Positions 60,677-64,000 of a DNA stretch of 64,000 nt are shown here, piece by piece. This DNA is from Bacteroidia bacterium (GTDB lineage Bacteria; Bacteroidota; Bacteroidia; NS11-12g; UBA955), in NCBI GenBank assembly GCA_041391605.1, contig JAWKNQ010000002.1:85417-149416 (forward strand), given 5' to 3'. The notes under the pieces were generated by a model. The model had not been told where the DNA came from and made no database searches. It worked only from the letters and a program-made list of their open reading frames with translations. How positions within the stretch are numbered: the first letter of the stretch is position 1; every line of letters begins with the position of its first letter. The translations under genes and the position numbers were made by a program.

Positions 60677-61138
60677 ATGCTTAGCAAAATAGAAAATTTA
60701 ACTTCTGACGAACAACAATTGGTTTTAAATGCACCAGTGCTCGTTTCTGCCCTTGTGGCGGGAGCTGATGGAGAATTTTATCTAGCTGAAATTAAAGAAG
60801 CAGTGAAAATCATTCACATCAAAACATACTCAGAAACCAGAGATGTAAGTGGTGTTTATAAAGCAATTGACGGTCATACCGAAGAGGCAATTGATATGTT
60901 AATTGACAATTTGCCTGAATCAACTGACGAACGCAATGAGTTTTTAACCAATTACCTAAGTGGATTGAATGATATTTTCCCAAAACTCGACCCAGCATTT
61001 GCTTTAGATTTATATACAAGTTTAAGAGAATTGGCATTTTATGTAAGTAATGCAGGCGATTTAGGAATCGGTATGCGCACAGAACAAGAAAAAGAAATGT
61101 CTAAGCTTGAGTTTCTCAATGCACCTCAAGTAGGTTAA
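60677..61138 (+). CDS. hypothetical protein
   Basis: Helical and acidic, with no motif recognised. The ATG at 60677 is preferred over the track start at 60623. Confidence 0.4.
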   Translation: MLSKIENLTSDEQQLVLNAPVLVSALVAGADGEFYLAEIKEAVKIIHIKTYSETRDVSGVYKAIDGHTEEAIDMLIDNLPESTDERNEFLTNYLSGLNDIFPKLDPAFALDLYTSLRELAFYVSNAGDLGIGMRTEQEKEMSKLEFLNAPQVG

Positions 61139-61149
61139 TTCTGCTTCAA

Positions 61150-62352
61150 TTAATTGTAGGCATAATCTGCCAAGTATTCGAAGTCGTGGGAGAGTTTTCC
61201 ATCACTGCAAATACTCGCATTTTCTATAACACTGCTTTCCTCTTTAAGAAGTTCTGGCATTACATATTCAAGAAGCATATGTCCAAAACCTTCACTGGCA
61301 TCTCTCGGCAGTTCAGTTGGTAAATTGCTCACGGCCATAACATCGATAGTGTCTTTTAAATACGGTTCAGTTATGGTCATGCTGCTTGGATTATATCCAA
61401 ACACAGGATCATAGATGGGCGTGTCTTTTAGCGTTATTGGAACAGCTCCTTGAACGTCACAACTGATGTCTGCAATTACTTTTGGACGAAATGTACTCAA
61501 GCGAGTATCGTTCTCTGAGAATAATCTGTCCATGGTATGGTCCCAAAAAATACCGTTAATCAATAAGTCGCACTGAGGTAAATAATATCTAAACACGCAT
61601 CGGTATCGAGTAGGATCATGGTGGAAGTCGCTTCTGTCGTATGGTTTTCCGTCAATACGTTCATATAAATTCTCCGTTAACAATACTGCAAAAACAGGTT
61701 CAGAATAAATTTTAGTGAGAATATCTGAAGGTGTTACTTGTTTGATATTCGCTTCGTTTAGCAATTCAAGAGCACCAAGAGAAACGCGGCCATTTCCGGT
61801 AAGGATAATTTTTATATTGGGCAAATTAAGCTTTTTTAACTCTGATTTAAGTTCCAAATAATCTTGACATTTATAAGCCGGTTTTAATTCGAAGGAGCTC
61901 ATTTTTTTGCCCCAAGTTAAAAGTCCGTTATATGCGCCAACAACACCAGCAAATCTTCCAAATCCGAGGATGCGATCTCCATTTTTCCATCGCAAAGTTT
62001 CGTAATCGATAAGGTGAATTTTTTTAGAAATAAGCGCGTGCATTAAATCTCGATTATGCGCTTGTTTTTTGATGGTATGTGAGAAAAACAAATAAGTCTT
62101 ACCTGGAATTAAACAACTAGGTGGAACTTCTTTTATCCCGAAAAGGTAGTCGCAATCGCTAAGGTCTTCTTTAATTTCGACACCAACGAGCTGGAACATA
62201 TCGTCTGAAAAACATCTATCAGAAGAACTTTGAATATAGATTTGAATTTGAGGGTGTCGAGATTTAAGTTCAGCGCATTGGCTAGGGGTAAATGCAACAC
62301 GTTTGTCTGCGGGTTGCTTTTCTTCTCTTAGTATACCAATTTTTATTGTCAT
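61150..62352 (-). CDS. alanine dehydrogenase/PNT-family NAD-dependent oxidoreductase (lysine-ketoglutarate-reductase-like)
   Basis: KIGILREEKxxxDKRVAFTP start and a central Rossmann loop ILTGNGRVSLGA. The ATG at 62352 is preferred. Confidence 0.55.
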   Translation of the reverse strand: MTIKIGILREEKQPADKRVAFTPSQCAELKSRHPQIQIYIQSSSDRCFSDDMFQLVGVEIKEDLSDCDYLFGIKEVPPSCLIPGKTYLFFSHTIKKQAHNRDLMHALISKKIHLIDYETLRWKNGDRILGFGRFAGVVGAYNGLLTWGKKMSSFELKPAYKCQDYLELKSELKKLNLPNIKIILTGNGRVSLGALELLNEANIKQVTPSDILTKIYSEPVFAVLLTENLYERIDGKPYDRSDFHHDPTRYRCVFRYYLPQCDLLINGIFWDHTMDRLFSENDTRLSTFRPKVIADISCDVQGAVPITLKDTPIYDPVFGYNPSSMTITEPYLKDTIDVMAVSNLPTELPRDASEGFGHMLLEYVMPELLKEESSVIENASICSDGKLSHDFEYLADYAYN

Positions 62353-62462
62353 GAGGTGATGCAAAGATATTGAACGTAATACAAACTAAGTGACAAATTG
62401 ACAAGAAACAAAATAATAAGGGAGAAATGGAAAAGAAGTAGCAGAAATGAAGCGTTTTGCAT

Positions 62463-62470
62463 TACTTTTG
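62463..62470 (+). promoter_or_regulatory. -7 box (TActTTTG) upstream of ssrA
   Basis: Exact match, 23 nt before the mature tmRNA 5' end. Confidence 0.45.
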
Positions 62471-62493
62471 CAGTAAAGGTAACACACACCACT

Positions 62494-62862
62494 GGGGCTG
62501 ACCGGAATTGACGGGTAGAGCGGGTGAGGTGTAAGCATGTAGAGCTTTGTTTGCTGGCTCTTGAATCCTAACATTCAAAACCTTAAGAGGCGAGAATAAC
62601 TTCGCAATGGCTGCTTAATCTAGGATTAGGTAAATACCATACACTGTCGGTGCCTTCGTTCGGGCCGGTGCCGAGTAACAGTGTTCGACATGCCTGGATA
62701 TGTATTTGGAACGGCAACTACCATTTACATTACAAAGTTGCATAAGGCTGAATCTAGGTGTGTTGTAAACCTTTTTCAGCTCGAAAACAATTGCAACTAA
62801 ACATGTAGAAGGCACTATCATTTCCTACTCCGGACGAGGGTTCGATTCCCTCCAGCTCCACC
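62494..62862 (+). ncRNA. ssrA: transfer-messenger RNA (one-piece tmRNA)
   Basis: The 5' GGGGCTGA pairs with the 3' ...CAGCTCCACC. T-arm GGACGAGGGTTCGATTCCCTCC. The tag ORF ggc gag aat aac ttc gca atg gct gct taa (62589-62618) encodes GENNFAMAA. Confidence 0.92.
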
Positions 62863-62865
62863 TTC

Positions 62866-62897
62866 GCCCTCCGAAGCTTTAGCGCAGGAGGGCTTTT
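62866..62897 (+). terminator. intrinsic terminator after ssrA
   Basis: Stem gccctcc/ggagggc with a 14-nt loop, followed by TTTT. Confidence 0.55.
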
Positions 62898-63033
62898 GTT
62901 CTTTATAAGGAATTATTTTGGCGCTAAATCTTCTTTGGGCTTCGGTGGACACAGTCCACCTAAATTCAACTAAATTGATTTTGGATTTTAATTCGTTCTG
63001 CGTAAATTTAGTTAAAATTAAAAGTAATACTTA

Positions 63034-63270
63034 ATGTGGCATGTATACATACTCAAGTGCAATGATGAGACTTATTACACAGGCTGTACAGGTGATTTAG
63101 AAGAAAGAATAAGTCGACACAGAAGAGGATCTGTTCAATACACTTCAAGCAGATTACCAATTGAATTGATTTCTTATATTTCATTCACATCTAAATACAA
63201 AGCTTATGCTTTCGAAAAATACTTAAAATCAGGCTCTGGAAAAGCATTTGCAAATAGAAGGCTTTTATAA
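63034..63270 (+). CDS. GIY-YIG nuclease family protein (small, UPF0213-like)
   Basis: 78 aa with WHVYILKCxDETYYTGCTxDLEERIxxH (GIY-YIG core). Confidence 0.8.
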   Translation: MWHVYILKCNDETYYTGCTGDLEERISRHRRGSVQYTSSRLPIELISYISFTSKYKAYAFEKYLKSGSGKAFANRRLL

Positions 63271-63789
63271 TTTAAAGTTCAACATTTCGCCCCTTGGTTT
63301 GACTTACAAAAACTTAATACCCACCTCAAGTGGTTTTTTTCGATTTTGTTTCCACGTAACATTTCCTCAGCTTTGTGCGGTATCTGGTGTTGGGGCAAAC
63401 ATCTAATTTGGCTTTTTGAAAATATTAGAGAAAACCCTGAAAATAATATTTAGAGTTTTCACGCCATATCAGAACTCCACTTCGTTACATTCGATACAGG
63501 GGCAAAGCGCCACAGGGTGAGCCCCTTGATGCGCATGCTGTGTGACGGAATGTTTTATCATGTAAACAAACTTCTCTCTTTTTCTTCATTCTCACTCACA
63601 TTCTCAAGTTCACTTCTGTTTCAAACTTGTGAAAATGGAACACTAAATTTCAATATATTATAGATTGAGACAATTATAATATTACTTCAAATTTTGTGAC
63701 TGTTTTATATTCTGTTATGAAAGTTGTGTTTGATTTATACATTCTACTAATATTAATTCAGTCCAATAAAGACAGACTCTCCTTCGTTC

Positions 63790-64000
63790 TCACATTTTAA
63801 TCCATTTGTAAATACCCTTGTCTGAACGGATAAAGTAAATGCCATTTGGCCAATTGCTGATGTCTAAATCAAGTTTTGTTTCATTTTCACTTCTCTGCGA
63901 TTCAATTAAGGCTCCATGTATGTTAAATATTTGAATTGATATAGGAGACAGGTCAGAACTAGTGATATGTAAAGTTGTAGATGCAGGATTTGGGTAGATT
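63790..64000 (-). CDS. T9SS type A C-terminal sorting domain of a secreted protein (3' end only, the gene continues beyond the window)
   Basis: The minus frame reads IYPNPASTTLHITSSDLSPISIQIFNIHGALIESQRSENETKLDLDISNWPNGIYFIRSDKGIYKWIKM*. It is absent from the ORF track because its start lies outside the window. Confidence 0.65.
   Translation of the reverse strand, partial: IYPNPASTTLHITSSDLSPISIQIFNIHGALIESQRSENETKLDLDISNWPNGIYFIRSDKGIYKWIKM

Noticed and set aside
62386-62821. Two minus-strand ORFs of 62 and 68 aa.
   Set aside because: They overlap the tmRNA gene or its promoter. The tmRNA assignment (acceptor pairing, T-arm, tag ORF) explains the region.
1-64000. Search for CRISPR arrays, IS elements or transposases, integrases, phage modules, toxin-antitoxin pairs or known defence genes.
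   Set aside because: I saw no regular repeat-spacer pattern, no transposase, integrase or phage-like ORF, and no large ATPase or nuclease cluster. The only stand-alone nuclease is the small GIY-YIG gene, reported separately.

Overview
This is an AT-rich chromosomal segment from a Bacteroidota, probably Flavobacteriia-like. The assignment rests on TAnnTTTG -7 promoter boxes, T9SS C-terminal sorting domains, a GldH-like lipoprotein and a tmRNA tag of GENNFAMAA. Most of the window is core housekeeping: secA, ruvA, ilvE, rdgB, queA, two ompH/skp genes, murI, aconitase, rplS, a 2-Cys peroxiredoxin, infB, recX, ndk, nadK, xth and a one-piece tmRNA. Between these lie envelope and accessory genes. 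They include five T9SS-sorted cargo proteins, a GT-C/TPR glycosyltransferase with a divergent radical SAM gene, an O-antigen-ligase-like protein, LysM, vWA and WG-repeat proteins, and several thiol-redox proteins. I saw no CRISPR array, IS element, integrase, prophage or recognisable defence system. The most striking property is that about 15 of roughly 70 genes, including essential secA, are broken by indels or stop codons. Every indel I could resolve sits in a 4-5 nt homopolymer run. The lesions also cluster by position and ignore gene boundaries. I therefore favour sequence or assembly error over real pseudogenisation, but only read data can decide. The candidate novelties are all modest and inferential. 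They are a tandem pair of Cys-rich mini-lipoproteins next to a MauE-thioredoxin fusion, a TMTC-like GT-C/TPR enzyme with a radical SAM/SPASM-like gene beside a T9SS adhesin, an orphan promoter-hairpin-terminator unit (possible sRNA), and the ssrA-GIY-YIG locus with an unexplained GC-rich patch. I did not find a clear new multi-gene system.
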